From Heptranchias perlo (taxonomy: Eukaryota), in the NCBI RefSeq assembly GCF_035084215.1, contig NC_090359.1, forward strand, positions 24,428,001 through 24,492,000: a stretch of 64,000 bases of DNA. Reading direction: 5' to 3'. Of this stretch, positions 60,501 through 64,000 are shown piece after piece. Both the position numbers and the translations under genes were made by a program. Positions within the stretch are counted from its first letter, which is position 1. The number at the start of each line of letters is the position of its first letter. The notes below the pieces were generated by a model. It ran no database searches and was not told where the DNA came from. It saw only the letters and a program-made list of their open reading frames with translations.

Positions 60501-63500
60501 AAACACGGAGTGCGAAACACAGAGTGCGAAACAGAGAGTGAGAAACAGAGAGTGGGAAACACAGAGTGTGAAACAGAGAGTGAGAAACACGGAGTGCGAA
60601 ACACAGAGTGCGAAACAGAGAGTGAGAAACACGGAGTGCGAAACACGGAGTGCGAAACAGAGAGTGAGAAACGGAGAGTGAAAAACACGGAGTGCGAAAC
60701 AGAGTGAGAAACAGAGAGTGAGAAACACGGCGTGCGAAACAGAGAGTGAGAAACAGAGAGTGAAAAACACGGAGTGCGAAACAGAGAGTGAGAAACACGG
60801 AGTGCGAAACACGGAGTGTGAAACAGAGAGTGAGAAACAGAGAGTGCGAAACAGAGAGTGAGAAACATGGAGTGAGAAACATGGAGTGAGAAACATGGAG
60901 TGCAAAACAGAGAGTGAGAAACACGGAGTGCGAAACACGGAGTGCGAAACAGAGAGTGAGAAACAGAGAGTGAGAAACACGGAGTGCGAAACACGGAGTG
61001 CGAAACAGAGAGTGAGAAACAGAGAGTGAGAAACACGGAGTGCGAAACACGGAGTGCGAAACAGAGAGTGAGAAACAGAGAGTGAGAAACACGGAGTGCG
61101 AAACAGAGAGTGAGAAACACGAAGTGCGAAACAGAGAGTGAGAAACACGGAGTGCGAAACAGAGAGTGAGAAACACGGAGTGCGAAACACGGAGTGTAAA
61201 ACAGAGAGTGGGAAACAGAGAGTGAGAAACATGGAGTGAGAAACACAGAGTGAGAAACAGAGAGTGAGAAACACGGAGTGAGAACCAGAGAGTGTGGAAC
61301 AGAGAGTGAGAAACACTGAGTGCGAAACATGGAGTGCGAAACACGGAGTGAAAAACAGAGAGTGGGAAACAGAGAGTGGGAAACAGAGAGTGAGAAACAT
61401 GGAGTGAGAAACACAGAGTGAGAAACACAGAGTGAGAAACACGGAGTGAGAACCAGAGAGTGTGGAACAGAGAGTGAGAAACACTGATGCAAAACACGGA
61501 GTGCAAAACACGGAGTGAGAAACACGGAGTGCGAAACAGAGAGTGCGAAGCAGAGAGTGCGAAGCAGAGAGTGAGAAACAGGCAGTGCGAAATAGAGAGT
61601 GAGAAACAGAGAGTGAGAAACACAGAGTGCGAAACAGAGAGTGAGAAACACGGAGTGAGAAACAGAGAGTGAGAAACACGGAGTGAGAAACAGAGAGTGA
61701 GAAACAGAGAGTGAGAAAGACGGAGTGAGAAACACAGAATGCGAAACAGAGAGTGAGAAACACGGAGTGAGAAACAGAGAGTGAGAAAGACGGAGTGAGA
61801 AACATGGAGTGAGAAACAGAGAGTGAGAAACATGGAGTGAGAAACACGGAGTGCAAAACAGAGAGTGAGAAAGACGGAGTGCGAAACAGAGAGTGTGGAA
61901 CAGAGAGTGAGAAACACTGAGTGCGAAACACGGAGTGCGAAACACGGAGTGAGAACCAGAGAGTGGGAAACACGGAGTGAGAACCAGAGAGTGGGAAACA
62001 CGGAGTGAGAAACACGGGTGTGAAACAGAGAGTGAGAAACACGGAGTGAGAACCAGAGAGTGAGAAACACGGAGTGAGAACCAGAGAGTGGGAAACACGG
62101 AGTGAGAACCAGAGAGTGGGAAACACGGAGTGAGAAAGACGGGTGCGAAACAGAGAGTGAGAAACACCGAGTGAGAACCAGAGAGTATGAAACACGGAGT
62201 GAGAAACATGGAGTGAGAAAGACGGAGTGCGAAACAGAGAGTGTGGAACAGAGAGTGAGAAACACTGAGTGCGAAACACGGAGTGCGAAACACGGAGTGA
62301 AAAACAGAGAGTGGGAAACAGAGAGTGAGAAACATGGAGTGAGAAACACAGAGTGAGAAACAGAGAGTGAGAAACACGGAGTGAGAACCAGAGAGTGTGG
62401 AACAGAGAGTGAGAAACACTGAGTGCAAAACACGGAGTGCGAAACATGGAGTGCGAAACACGGAGTGAAAAACAGAGAGTGGGAAACAGAGAGTAAGAAA
62501 CATGGAGTGAGAAACACAGAGTGAGAAACAGAGAGTGAGAAACACGGAGTGAGAACCAGAGAGTGTGGAACAGAGAGTGAGAAACACTGATGCAAAACAC
62601 GGAGTGCAAAACACGGAGTGAGAAACACGGAGTGCGAAACAGAGAGTGCGAAGCAGAGAGTGAGAAAAAGTGAGTGCGAAATAGAGAGTGAGAAACAGAG
62701 AGTGAGAAACACGGAGTGCGAAACAGAGAGTGAGAAACACGGAGTGCGAAACAGAGAGTGCGAAACAGAAAGTGAGAAACACGGAGTGAGAAACAGAGAG
62801 TGAGAAACAGAGAGTGAGAAAGACGGAGTGAGAAACAGAGAGTGAGAAACAGAGAGTGAGAAACAGAGAGTGAGAAACAGAGAGTGAGAAAGACGGAGTG
62901 AGAAACACAGAATGCGAAACAGAGAGTGAGAAACACGGAGTGAGAAACAAAGAGTGAGAAAGACGGAGTGAGAAACATGGAGTGAGAAACACGGAGTGAG
63001 AAACACGGAGTGAGAAACAGAGAGTGAGAAAGACGGAGTGAGAAACAGAGAGTGTGGAACAGAGAGTGAGAAACACTGAGTGCGAAACACGGAGTGCGAA
63101 ACACGGAGTGAGAACCAGAGAGTGGGAAACACGGAGTGAGAACCAGAGAGTGGGAAACACGGAGTGAGAAACACGGGTGCGAAACAGAGAGTGAGAAACA
63201 CGGAGTGAGAACCAGAGAGTATGAAACACGGAGTGAGAAACACGGGTGCGAAACAGAGAGTAAGAAACACGGAGTGAGAAACAGGGAGTGCGAAACAGAG
63301 AGTGAGAAACAGAGAGTGAGAAACACGGGGTGCGAAACAGAGAGTAAGAAACACGGAGTGAGAAACAGGGAGTGCGAAACAGAGAGTGCGAAACAGAGAG
63401 TAAGAAACACGGAGTGAGAAACAGAGAGTGCAAAACAGAGAGTGCGAAACAGAGAGTGAGAAACACGGAGTGAGAAACAGAGAGTGAGAAACAGAGAGTG

Positions 63501-64000
63501 AGAAACATGGGGTGCGAAACACGGGTGCGAAACAGAGAGTAAGAAACACGGAGTGCGAAACAGAGAGTGAGAAACACGGAGTGAGAACCAGAGAGTGGGA
63601 AACACGGAGTGAGAACCAGAGAGTGGGAAACACGGAGTGAGAAACACACGTGCGAAACAGAGAATGAGAAACACGGAGTGAGAACCAGAGAGTATGAAAC
63701 ACGGAGTGAGAAACACGGGTGCGAAACAGAGAGTAAGAAACACGGAGTGAGAAACAGGCAGTGCGAAACAGAGAGTGAGAAACAGAGAGTGAGAAACATG
63801 GGGTGCGAAACACGGGTGCGAAACAGAGAGTGAGAAACACGGAGTGCGAAACAGAGAGTGAGAAACAGAGAGTGAGAAACAGAGAGTGAGAAACACGGGG
63901 TGCGAAACACGGGTGCGAAACAGAGAGTAAGAAACATGGAGTGCGAAACAGAGAGTGCGAAACAGAGAGTGAGAAACACGGAGTGAGAAACAGAGAGTGA
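57570..64000. repeat. 14-bp satellite (gagtgagaaac[aga/acg/atg]) running off the window end, >6.4 kb
   Basis: 14-aa repeat in all three minus frames equals 3x14 nt. Confidence 0.98.

Noticed and set aside
57491-63979. Three >2100-aa minus-strand ORFs
   Set aside because: All three frames are open because the 14-bp unit has no stop on that strand; satellite artefact

Overview
This is eukaryotic, intron-containing DNA, most likely from a cartilaginous fish (shark or ray). That is inferred from abundant SacSINE1-like DeuSINEs, CR1, L2, Tx1 and Penelope relics and elasmobranch-type minisatellites. Most of the window is transposon relics and tandem arrays (units of 14, 16, 24, 32, 36, 49, 60/72 and 67-68 bp), and there are four N gaps. 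Nearly all long ORFs in the track are repeat or gap artefacts. One complete protein-coding gene can be assembled on the + strand from phase-compatible exons: leader (29887-29950), B7-family-like IgV exon (32909-33262) and a short terminal exon (35029-35108). It encodes a 165-aa single-V-domain protein with an extra Cys pair and a probable GPI-anchor signal. Around it are interferon/immune-type promoter motifs, six nuclear-receptor half-sites, and a sense Tx1 relic that carries the first downstream poly(A) signal. Other highlights: a 5.6-kb 36-bp array in which nearly every unit resembles a 12-spacer V(D)J recombination signal; a candidate TNF-superfamily 'AHL' mini-exon at 440-493; LF-SINE-related sequence; and several minisatellites whose origin from retroposons or a palindromic element is visible in place. 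Repeat-family names come from motif recognition, not database searches.
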